61,944 bases of DNA from Clostridia bacterium (GTDB lineage Bacteria; Bacillota; Peptococcia; Peptococcales; BICA1-8). Made by a program: the position numbers and the translations under genes. The notes beneath the pieces are model-generated. The model saw only the letters and a program-made list of their open reading frames with translations, was not told the origin of the DNA and ran no database searches. This document shows positions 45,296 to 54,779 of the stretch, in pieces; position 1 is the stretch's first letter, and each line of letters begins with the position of its first letter. The DNA is taken from assembly GCA_030154225.1 (NCBI GenBank), contig JASKKI010000005.1, forward strand, positions 1-61,944, written 5' to 3'.

Positions 45296-46663
45296 TTATT
45301 TGACATCAATACCCTGAAAATATTTTTGATACATACTGCTGCGGTAGTTGGAAAGCTTATACTCCAACAAGGTATTGGTTATCCGGTCAAGAAACATTAT
45401 CGTACCCTGGTATCCGACAGATAATATTCTCTGACCCCCAACTCTATCATGGATAGGAAAACCGATACGAACCAAAGGTATGCCCTCCTTCTCAGTCAGA
45501 TATTTTCCTTCAGAGTTACCTATAGCAAGGTTTACATCCATTTCCTTGCATACCTGGCGAATATGGACAAAATCTGTCTCCGTTAAAACCTTTAAATTTG
45601 AAGATTCCTCTCCAAATAATTGTCCCGATTTAAAATTTTTGCTTCCGGTAGCCAGGACTTTTGGCTTTATACCGTTTTCCAGGCAGGTTTTTGTTACAGC
45701 ATAAACTAGTTCCGGCTCACCAAAAACAACTGCAATTCCTTGAGCATTGTATTTATGGGAATCTATCATACAATCCTGAAGCCTGCCTCTTTCTTTTCTA
45801 AACATTTCCGGCACTTCCTTACCGGAAATGGTTTTTAAAGTTAAAATAAATTTATCTGTATTTTCCAGACCTATAGGCAGCGGCAATCGGTATAAAGGAA
45901 CCCCAAAGCTGTTCTCCAAATATTTCCCGGGAGATAAATGATCCTCTACAGTGATTCCAAGCTCTATAGTAGCCTTCGCCCCCGGCATGTTTCTGATATC
46001 TCCCAGTTTAGTACCACCATTTGGTAATTTCCCAAAATTATTGGTGAATGGTGCATCCATAGTTTCTGAAAAGTCCGGAAGCAAAGTATAAGCAATTTCC
46101 ATGCCCTCAAGTATTCTCTTAATTTCCCTGATATCAGCAGGGGATATATTGGGTATTATAATATTTACTTTTTCATTTTTTTCAGATTTTTGCGCTAATC
46201 TGGTAATTATTCTTTTTACTGCCAGGAAATAACCTTCCGTATGGCTATCACTATAGGCAGGAGTAGGTACTGTTACCAGCGGGAAGTCTTCCATTTCTCT
46301 CTCTTGTAAATATTCCAGGCTTATTCTATCTATATCCTCACCAATGGTTTCAGCCAAACAGGTGGTAAGTATTCCTATCAGTTTAGGATTATAAACCTTC
46401 AGTATATTATCTAAACCTTTTTTTAAATTCTCTTCTCCACCATAAACTGTTCCTTTTTCATTAAGGGCAGAAGAACCTACATCTATGGGTTCATTAAAAT
46501 GTTCAGCCATAAACCTTCTCATATAGGTGCTACAGCCCTGGGAACCGTGAAGAATAACCATAGATTGCTCTAATCCTTTAAAAGGGATAATCCCGCCAAG
46601 CGGCATACACATACTACAGGGATTCTGGCTAACATTACGTAAATTTACAACTTTATTTTTCAT
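45296..46663 (-). CDS. nifN: nitrogenase MoFe cofactor scaffold NifN
   Basis: ATG at 46663 after GGGGAGGG, overlapping the nifE stop by 11 nt. NifK/NifN-like sequence. Confidence 0.85.
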   Translation of the reverse strand: MKNKVVNLRNVSQNPCSMCMPLGGIIPFKGLEQSMVILHGSQGCSTYMRRFMAEHFNEPIDVGSSALNEKGTVYGGEENLKKGLDNILKVYNPKLIGILTTCLAETIGEDIDRISLEYLQEREMEDFPLVTVPTPAYSDSHTEGYFLAVKRIITRLAQKSEKNEKVNIIIPNISPADIREIKRILEGMEIAYTLLPDFSETMDAPFTNNFGKLPNGGTKLGDIRNMPGAKATIELGITVEDHLSPGKYLENSFGVPLYRLPLPIGLENTDKFILTLKTISGKEVPEMFRKERGRLQDCMIDSHKYNAQGIAVVFGEPELVYAVTKTCLENGIKPKVLATGSKNFKSGQLFGEESSNLKVLTETDFVHIRQVCKEMDVNLAIGNSEGKYLTEKEGIPLVRIGFPIHDRVGGQRILSVGYQGTIMFLDRITNTLLEYKLSNYRSSMYQKYFQGIDVK

Positions 46664-48020
46664 GTAATAAACCCTCCCCGTGAACATACTGCCAAACCGG
46701 TGAGCAAACCGTAGAATAAACCTCTTTAGCAAAATTCAAGGCTCCTACAAATCCGCTTAATGGGTGCTTACGATCATGATTATGGTCAATGAATGCTACC
46801 CCCAATTTATAAGCTAAGGGCCGCTCTTTGACACCACCTACCAGCAGGTGCGCTCCTTTCAGGAGCATAAATTCCTCCAATTCGGCCGGATTAGCATCAT
46901 CCAGTACAACAGTTCCATCATCAACCAGATCCTCAATTTCTGCATATTCCTCTTTTCTCCCCGTTTGTGTTCCCACCATGACTACATCTATACCTAGTTC
47001 TCTAAATTGTTTAATTAAAGATATGGCTTTAAATCCACCACCTACATAGACAGCTGCTTTTTTTCCTGTCAGCTTTTCACGATAGCCGGCAATCTGCGGC
47101 CCGTATTTTTCAATTTCATTTTTAATTAAATTTTCCGTTCTTTCCATTAAATCTGGATCATTAAAATATGCAGCCACCTTTCTTAATGATTGGGCTGTAT
47201 CCTCTAATCCCAAAAAAGATACATTAAGGTAGGGGATATTATATTTTTTCTCAATTTCCTGGGCCAGATAGAACATAGAACCTGCACACTGGACAATGTT
47301 CAAACTAGCCTCGATAGCTTTCTTTAACTTAGTAAAGCTGGCATCACCGGTAAAGGTTACATTAACATCAATACCTATTTGTTTAAAGTAATGGGTAATA
47401 ATCCAGGCTTCACCGGCCAGATTAAAATCACCCAGATAATTGATACACTTATTCTTTTTCTCAGGTAAGTGTACGCCAGGCTTGATTAGTTTAAGCACAG
47501 CTTCACAAGCGGCTTTATAGCCGGCAGCTTTATTGCCGATAAATCCACTGGATTGAACGGGATAAATTTCAATATTATGTTTTCTGGCTGCTGCCTTACA
47601 GACAGCCTCAATGTCATCACCTATTACTCCAACAATACAGGTTGAGTATACAAAAATAAGTTGGGGATGATATTTTAAAACTAATTCGTCAATGGCACGG
47701 GACAGCTTTTTTTCCCCCCCAAAAATAACATCATTTTCCTTTAAATCTGTAGAAAAACTGTTACGATATAACTCCGAACCGCTGCTCAGGCTGCCCCGGA
47801 TATCCCAGGTATAACTGGCGCAACCGATAGGCCCGTGAACCAAATGAACAGCATCGGTAATTGGATTTAAGACTACCCTGGCCCCGCAGTAAACACAAGC
47901 CCTTTGACTTACACATCCGGCCAGACTCTCACTTTCACATTTAAGGTGTTTTTTCTTCTTTCCTTTTATATTTATAGACTCCATTCTTTCTTCAATAAAT
48001 TTTCTTTCCATAACTGCCAT
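46653..48020 (-). CDS. nifE: nitrogenase MoFe cofactor scaffold NifE
   Basis: ATG at 48020 after AGGTAGGTG. NifD/NifE-like Cys motifs. Confidence 0.85.
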   Translation of the reverse strand: MAVMERKFIEERMESINIKGKKKKHLKCESESLAGCVSQRACVYCGARVVLNPITDAVHLVHGPIGCASYTWDIRGSLSSGSELYRNSFSTDLKENDVIFGGEKKLSRAIDELVLKYHPQLIFVYSTCIVGVIGDDIEAVCKAAARKHNIEIYPVQSSGFIGNKAAGYKAACEAVLKLIKPGVHLPEKKNKCINYLGDFNLAGEAWIITHYFKQIGIDVNVTFTGDASFTKLKKAIEASLNIVQCAGSMFYLAQEIEKKYNIPYLNVSFLGLEDTAQSLRKVAAYFNDPDLMERTENLIKNEIEKYGPQIAGYREKLTGKKAAVYVGGGFKAISLIKQFRELGIDVVMVGTQTGRKEEYAEIEDLVDDGTVVLDDANPAELEEFMLLKGAHLLVGGVKERPLAYKLGVAFIDHNHDRKHPLSGFVGALNFAKEVYSTVCSPVWQYVHGEGLLHEK

Positions 48021-48084
48021 TTTTTTCACCTACCTAGTTATTTAAATGAGGCGAAATATTTTATTTTCGCCTCATCTAATGTAA

Positions 48085-49449
48085 TTACATAACTAATTCA
48101 AAATCTTCATCAGCAGCATCTCTGTCTGCCCGTTCCAGAAGAGCGTTACTAATCATCTCTATAATTCTCATGGCCCCTTTATATCCCACTACCGGCAAAT
48201 AGGAGTGAACGCTTCTATCCAATATGGGGAAGCCAATTCTAACAAAAGGCAGGTCTTCTGCACGGGCGATATATTTTCCATAAGTATTACCTATGAGTAA
48301 ATCAACAGGTTTATTTTTTATCAATTGGTGTAATTCCATGAGATCCCCTGCCGCTTTAACATTGGCCCTGATACCTGCTTCAAGAAGCATTGCTTTAATT
48401 TCTTTTTCAAAAGCTCCACCCGGTGTACCGGTAAGTACATGAACGGGAATCATACCCAAGCTTAAAATATATTCAGTAAGGGCAATTACTATATCGGGAT
48501 CTCCAAATATGGCAACCGTTTTACCATGGAAGTGGAAATGGGTATCGGTCATGATATCTACCAGCTGTCCCCGTTCCTCTTCCAACTCATAGGGAACTTC
48601 TTTATTAAATTTTTTGATTAGGGACATGATAAGCTCATCAGTAGCTTTGACACCGATAGGAGTTTTTAAGCTTACTTCCGGTACATTACATTTTCTTTTC
48701 AATTCTTTAGCTGCATCACTGGAAGCAAAACTTCCTAAGGCTAGAGTAACTAGTGAATTCCCGGAATCTTTAATTTCTTCAATCTTAGTACCCCCCCTGG
48801 GATACATAGTATATTCTCCAGTCATCGGTGCATCTAACACACCGGAAGTATCGGGTAAAACAATGGAGTCAATTCCCATTATTTTAACAATTCTTTTTAT
48901 TTCCCGCATATCACCTGGATTTACAAAGCCGGGTATGACATTTACCTGTTGTTTCTTTTCTTCTACATCAACCTCAGCAAGATAGGTAATCATTCCCTTG
49001 ACCATGTTAGAAAATCCAGTAACATGTGAGCCTACATAACTGGGAGTATTGGCATGAATTACCAGCTTGCCCTCCGGAATTTCAGCCGATTTAATAATAC
49101 TGGGTATATCATCACCAATTGTTTCTGACAAACATGTTGTATGGATAGCCATAATATCCGGATCATAAATTGTAAAAACGTTTTTGATGGCCGTTTTCAG
49201 GTTGGCAACTCCTCCAAAAACCGAAGCACCTTCAGTAAAAGAACTAGTTGAAGCCATAATTGGATCTCGAAAATGCCTGGTTAAATGCATTCTGTGATAA
49301 GAACAGCAGCCCTGGGAGCCGTGACTATGGGGCAAGCATTTATGAATACCTAAAGCAGCGTACATGGCCCCAATTGGCTGACAAGTTTTAGCAGGGTTAA
49401 TTACCCCTCCACTCCGTTTGACAATCTGTTTAGACGTACTATCTAACAT
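48085..49449 (-). CDS. nifK: nitrogenase MoFe protein beta chain
   Basis: ATG at 49449 lies 9 nt after GAGGAGG and 1 nt after the nifD stop. Confidence 0.9.
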   Translation of the reverse strand: MLDSTSKQIVKRSGGVINPAKTCQPIGAMYAALGIHKCLPHSHGSQGCCSYHRMHLTRHFRDPIMASTSSFTEGASVFGGVANLKTAIKNVFTIYDPDIMAIHTTCLSETIGDDIPSIIKSAEIPEGKLVIHANTPSYVGSHVTGFSNMVKGMITYLAEVDVEEKKQQVNVIPGFVNPGDMREIKRIVKIMGIDSIVLPDTSGVLDAPMTGEYTMYPRGGTKIEEIKDSGNSLVTLALGSFASSDAAKELKRKCNVPEVSLKTPIGVKATDELIMSLIKKFNKEVPYELEEERGQLVDIMTDTHFHFHGKTVAIFGDPDIVIALTEYILSLGMIPVHVLTGTPGGAFEKEIKAMLLEAGIRANVKAAGDLMELHQLIKNKPVDLLIGNTYGKYIARAEDLPFVRIGFPILDRSVHSYLPVVGYKGAMRIIEMISNALLERADRDAADEDFELVM

Positions 49450-49450
49450 A

Positions 49451-51064
49451 TTACGAGGCCTCCTCATCTACAATTTTGCCGTCCAATAATGGTTTATTTT
49501 TCCAGGGTGGAGTAATAAAATTCCAGGTTGGACTGGTAAAAGCCATACTAATATCCTCGGCAAATTTTACTGCACCGTTAAATCCGGCATAAGGCCCGCT
49601 GTAATCATAGGAATGAAGCTGTTTAGAAGGAATCCCCATCTTTTGAACCACATATTTATCTTTGATTCCCGAGGCAAAAATATCCGGTTTAAGAATTTTA
49701 ATAAATTCCTCAGTTTCAAAATGATTTAAGTCGTCAACTATTACATGTCCGTCTTTCATGTCGGAGATCATACCTTTATAATTGCCGAGAGGAATCCTTT
49801 TCTTTAATTCTGCCATTTTCTCGTCAGAAATTTTTAAACGATAACGCCTTTGGTCTGGGGTTACATGTAAATCCGGAATATTTTTGGAATCGGCATCTGA
49901 TTTGATTTCGGGGATAATATCCCGTCCTTCGTAATCATCACGATGGGCAAATTCATAACCAGCTAGAATTGTTTCCACTCCCAGCTCGGCAAAAAGTCCT
50001 TGATAGTGGTGACCTCTAGAACCACCAACAAAGCAAAATGCCGTTTTACCCTCACATATCTTTTTATATTGCGCCATAACCGGTTCAATTCTTGCCGTCT
50101 CCCTGGCGATTACTTCTTCTGTTTTTTGGATTAATTCAGGATCACCAAAATACTGGGCCATGTTCCTTAAAGATTTTATAGTGTTCTCTATACCAATGAA
50201 GTTAACCTTTAACCAGGGAGTCCCATACTTGATTTCCAGCATTTCAGCAATATAGTTAATGGAACGATGACACTGAACCAGATTCAATTCAGCAATATGG
50301 GCATTTTTTAATTCTTCATAAGAACCGTCACCTGTCATAACCGTAACAACATGGTAACCGATATCCTTTAAAACCCGTTCTATTTCCCAGCTGTCTCCAC
50401 CGATGTTATATTCACCTAAGATGTTAATAGAGTATTTGGATGGAGCTTCTTCCAGGTTACCGGCGCCAATTACTTTTTCCATTAAAATATTATTGGCAAT
50501 ATGGTGACCAGCCGATTGGCTAACTCCTTTATATCCTTCACAGTTAAAAGCCAGGACTTGAATACCGTGTCTTTTCTCTGCTGCTTTGGCAACTGCAACT
50601 AAATCATCCCCGATGAGTCCTACAGGACAAGTTGCAGAGACAGAAATTGCTTTAGGATGAAAAATCTCCACAACTTCATCAATCATCTTAGCTAGTTTTT
50701 TTTCTCCTCCAAATACTATGTCACTTTCCTGCATATCTGTTGAAAAACAGTAATTAAGAAAATTCTCTTTCGGGTTTTCCGACTTGGCTTTATTACGCCG
50801 GGTACCCCATGAATAGTAAGCACAACCAACAGGCCCGTGTACTATATGAACCATGTCTTTAAGTGGTCCCACAACAACCCCTTTACAACCTGCAAATGCA
50901 CATCCTCTATTGGTAATAATACCGGGAATTGTTCTGGTATTTGCCTCGATCTCTTGTGCTCCCTTTTCAATATCCCTAATAACTATGTGTTTTTTACGAT
51001 TTCTTTTAACCTTTGCCGGGTACTTATTAAGGATCTGTTCTAACATTTTTTCATCTATTGCCAT
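49451..51064 (-). CDS. nifD: nitrogenase MoFe protein alpha chain (anaerobe type with about 50-aa insertion)
   Basis: 537 aa with the LVQCHRS Cys ligand and the HSYDYSGPY His ligand region. Confidence 0.9.
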   Translation of the reverse strand: MAIDEKMLEQILNKYPAKVKRNRKKHIVIRDIEKGAQEIEANTRTIPGIITNRGCAFAGCKGVVVGPLKDMVHIVHGPVGCAYYSWGTRRNKAKSENPKENFLNYCFSTDMQESDIVFGGEKKLAKMIDEVVEIFHPKAISVSATCPVGLIGDDLVAVAKAAEKRHGIQVLAFNCEGYKGVSQSAGHHIANNILMEKVIGAGNLEEAPSKYSINILGEYNIGGDSWEIERVLKDIGYHVVTVMTGDGSYEELKNAHIAELNLVQCHRSINYIAEMLEIKYGTPWLKVNFIGIENTIKSLRNMAQYFGDPELIQKTEEVIARETARIEPVMAQYKKICEGKTAFCFVGGSRGHHYQGLFAELGVETILAGYEFAHRDDYEGRDIIPEIKSDADSKNIPDLHVTPDQRRYRLKISDEKMAELKKRIPLGNYKGMISDMKDGHVIVDDLNHFETEEFIKILKPDIFASGIKDKYVVQKMGIPSKQLHSYDYSGPYAGFNGAVKFAEDISMAFTSPTWNFITPPWKNKPLLDGKIVDEEAS

Positions 51065-51084
51065 CTCTCATCACCCTCCCTTTA

Positions 51085-51465
51085 CTAAACTGCTTCTTCT
51101 CCGGTTTCTCCGGTACGTACCCTGATAACTTCCTGAAGCGGTAAAACAAAAATTTTACCGTCACCAATTTTTCCTTCTTTGTTAACACTGATAATTGTAT
51201 CTACTGCTTTCTGCACATCCTTGTCTTTAACAATAAGTGTTAACATGCGCTTGGGTATCAGCCTGCCCCCTTTGAGCAGGCTTTCTAACAAAGCATCTCG
51301 TAATTCTATATCTTCTTCCACCTGGGGAACAAGCTTCAGCCCTTTGAGTTTTTTCCCGCGACCTATTACTTTAGCAGCGGTAAGACCGTTAAATCCAGCT
51401 TTGACTAAAGCATCTTTCGTTTTTGCTACCTTGTTCATACGAATAATGGCTATTATTTCTTTCAT
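51085..51465 (-). CDS. nifI2: PII-like nitrogenase regulator NifI2
   Basis: GlnB-like protein, 126 aa, between nifI1 and nifD. Confidence 0.8.
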   Translation of the reverse strand: MKEIIAIIRMNKVAKTKDALVKAGFNGLTAAKVIGRGKKLKGLKLVPQVEEDIELRDALLESLLKGGRLIPKRMLTLIVKDKDVQKAVDTIISVNKEGKIGDGKIFVLPLQEVIRVRTGETGEEAV

Positions 51466-51476
51466 AGTTTCACCCC

Positions 51477-51803
51477 TTAAAGTAGCTTTTCGCCGGTACT
51501 AATGGTATAAACCTCTTCCACAGGGTTAATGAAAATTTTTCCATCACCGAATGAACCATTTTCTCCTGTCTTGGCATGCTTGATGATTATACTAACTACA
51601 TCATCCTTTTCAGCGTCTTCAACTACGATTATGATCATTTCCTTAGGAATCTCATCATAGACAATATTGCCCACCTGAACTCCTCTCTGCTTCCCTCTAC
51701 CAACTACATCCAGTTTTGTCACTGCAGGAAAACCTGCACTGGCCAATTCTTCCAGTATCTCTGTAGATTTTTCCGGTCGAACAATAGCTTTAATCATTAA
51801 CAT
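51477..51803 (-). CDS. nifI1: PII-like nitrogenase regulator NifI1
   Basis: GlnB-like. ATG at 51803 lies 8 nt after GGGAG. Confidence 0.8.
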   Translation of the reverse strand: MLMIKAIVRPEKSTEILEELASAGFPAVTKLDVVGRGKQRGVQVGNIVYDEIPKEMIIIVVEDAEKDDVVSIIIKHAKTGENGSFGDGKIFINPVEEVYTISTGEKLL

Positions 51804-51828
51804 CAGCTTCACTCCCTAGAAAAGTTTT

Positions 51829-52671
<843 letters not shown>

Positions 52672-52739
52672 TTATTTATAAAACAGTACAAACAAAACTT
52701 ACCGAAAATACTTTTTCTTACTTTAGCCACTCCTTTCTT

Positions 52740-52808
52740 TTTAAAGAAAAAGACGCTATTCTATTTACTGTGAAAGCATAAGTTACTGCTTTCAAGAAAT
52801 ATAGCGTC
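52740..52808 (-). terminator. intrinsic-terminator-like hairpin inside the nifH leader (proximal)
   Basis: Minus strand: GACGCTAT...GAAAGCA-loop-TGCTTTC...ATAGCGTC followed by TTTTTCTTT, about 90 nt upstream of the nifH ATG. Confidence 0.55.
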
Positions 52809-52837
52809 ATTGCCAATGATTATTCATTTGTATTTGG

Positions 52838-52911
52838 TAAATAAAAAAATGCTTTTATCTATTGTAAGGAACTACACACACTAATCCGGGTTTATTCCTT
52901 CCGATAAAAGC
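52838..52911 (-). terminator. intrinsic-terminator-like hairpin (distal) upstream of nifH
   Basis: Minus strand: GCTTTTATC...AAGGAA-loop-TTCCTT...GATAAAAGC followed by ATTTTTTTATTT. Confidence 0.55.
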
Positions 52912-52987
52912 ACCTTTGCCAAGTTTATTCATTTATTATATAACAGAGAATAATTCAATATTACTGTTATATTTTTTATATGTTTGA

Positions 52988-53016
52988 ATTATAGTTTTTT
53001 CTTTTTTTTAAGTCAA
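52988..53016 (-). promoter_or_regulatory. consensus sigma-A-type promoter facing nifH
   Basis: Minus strand: TTGACT, a 17-nt spacer, then TATAAT. Confidence 0.55.
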
Positions 53017-53275
53017 TTAGGAAATTAAAAATATTATGTATACATTCAATAGTTAAGAAAAATCTACTTCGTCTATCTTTCAGTACCTACAGTAGCTACA
53101 GTACTACCGTGCTACAGGAAATAAAAGATTAAGATAATAGCTAGCCACTATCAACTAACAACTTAGCCCAAAATTTATACTTTCTTTAAAACTAATAAGT
53201 TCCGGTTAGTGCCATGAGATACGTAGTACCGGTGAGTAAAAGTAAAAGTTATCCATAATTACGAATTTATTTTTC

Positions 53276-53458
53276 CTATACGACAAGAAAGCCTATAGGA
53301 TTAAATAAATCCTGAAAATTAGCCCCAATTTTCAAGGCTTCTTTAAGAAGGTCTCCCGTTTTCAGGAATCTGTTGAAACCCTCCAAGTAGTAAGCAGTAA
53401 TATGGAAATCCATAAAATCCTTCACTTCAAATATTAGTTTATTGTGCATTTTGCACAA
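53276..53458 (-). CDS. doubtful small ORF downstream of pyrE
   Basis: 60-aa track ORF with no recognisable RBS and no family resemblance. Confidence 0.15.
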   Translation of the reverse strand: MCKMHNKLIFEVKDFMDFHITAYYLEGFNRFLKTGDLLKEALKIGANFQDLFNPIGFLVV

Positions 53459-53464
53459 TTTTCT

Positions 53465-54040
53465 TTAGCTTTTTCTACTACCTGGTTTATCTAAAGGTAT
53501 TCCTTGTTTACACAGCGGACATTCTTCAGGGGTATAGTTATTCATAGTTACTTTTACTAAAGCTTGAAAGGGAACAGATAATTTAGCCAGGCCGTTACTT
53601 CTATCTACTATGGCTCCAACTCCGATAACGTGAGCACCATAACTTTCAACTAAATTAACTACTTCCTGAGATGAACCCCCTGTAGTAATAACATCTTCCA
53701 CCACTAATACTTTTTGCCCAGGTTTGATTGTGAACATCCTTCTTAATTTCATTTTCCCGTTTTCTCGCTCTGTAAAGAGCCCAGGAACACCTAGGTGTCT
53801 GGCCACCTCATAAGCTACAATAATACCTCCCAAAGCCGGTCCGATTACCAGATCAGGTTTCTCGTGTCGGAACTTTTCAGCAATTGCCCGACACACCTTT
53901 TCTGATAAGTTAGGTTCTTTTAATAAAAGGGCACATTGAATATATATTTCACTATGCAAACCGGAACTGAAGACAAAATGTCCTTCTTTTAGAGCATCTA
54001 CCTTTTTTAACATATTTAATATCTCTTTACCTTCTAACAT
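53465..54040 (-). CDS. pyrE: orotate phosphoribosyltransferase
   Basis: PRPP motif VLVVEDVITTGGS. Confidence 0.9.
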   Translation of the reverse strand: MLEGKEILNMLKKVDALKEGHFVFSSGLHSEIYIQCALLLKEPNLSEKVCRAIAEKFRHEKPDLVIGPALGGIIVAYEVARHLGVPGLFTERENGKMKLRRMFTIKPGQKVLVVEDVITTGGSSQEVVNLVESYGAHVIGVGAIVDRSNGLAKLSVPFQALVKVTMNNYTPEECPLCKQGIPLDKPGSRKS

Positions 54041-54041
54041 C

Positions 54042-54755
54042 TCACTCTTCTCCTTCCATTTCTTTTATTATTCTTAAAGCAGCTTGACAGGGATTACTAT
54101 TTTTGGTTATAGGCCTACCCACTACCAGGTAGTCAGCACCCATCTTAATGGCTTCCCCAGGTGTAGTAATTCTTTTTTGATCCTGGAGCTCAGTCCAGCA
54201 GGGCCTGACTCCCGGACAAACAGTAATAAATTCATTACCACAAACAGACTTGATATTAGCGGCCTCCCGGGGTGAACATACTACTCCATCTAGTCCTGCC
54301 TTCTGACATAACTGGGACCAGTGCAGCACAGTCTCATCAATGGAATATTTAAAACCTACCTTGTTAAAACTCACTTCATCAAAACTGGTTAAAACCGTTA
54401 CCCCGATAACTAAAGGAGGAGTATATCCATTATTTACAGCAGAGTTTTTCACTGTCTCCATGGTTGTAGCCAGCATTACTTCCCCGCCGGAAGCGTGAAC
54501 ATTAAACATATCTACTCCTAAACCGGCCGCCCATTTGGCCGCCTGGGTTATGGTGTTGGGAATATCATGAAATTTAAGATCTAAAAAAACCTTTTTGTCC
54601 TTAGCTTTTAAAAAATCTAAGACCTCACCCCTGGTATTTAAGAAAAGTTCTAACCCAACTTTATAATAATTAACCGTTTCTCCTAAAGTATTAACCAGCT
54701 CTTGAGCTTTAGCTAGCTCAGGAACATCCAGGGCCACTATCAGTTTGTTTTTCAT
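54042..54755 (-). CDS. pyrF: orotidine 5'-phosphate decarboxylase
   Basis: Motifs LIVALDV and DLKFHDIPNT. Confidence 0.9.
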   Translation of the reverse strand: MKNKLIVALDVPELAKAQELVNTLGETVNYYKVGLELFLNTRGEVLDFLKAKDKKVFLDLKFHDIPNTITQAAKWAAGLGVDMFNVHASGGEVMLATTMETVKNSAVNNGYTPPLVIGVTVLTSFDEVSFNKVGFKYSIDETVLHWSQLCQKAGLDGVVCSPREAANIKSVCGNEFITVCPGVRPCWTELQDQKRITTPGEAIKMGADYLVVGRPITKNSNPCQAALRIIKEMEGEE

Positions 54756-54779
54756 AGTCTTTCTCCTTTCATGTTTATC

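Noticed and set aside
53276-53458. 60-aa ORF directly after pyrE as a real gene
   Set aside because: It has no RBS, a TTG/ATG start embedded in a palindrome (TTGTGCAaaaTGCACAA), and no recognisable family. It is kept only as a very low-confidence feature.
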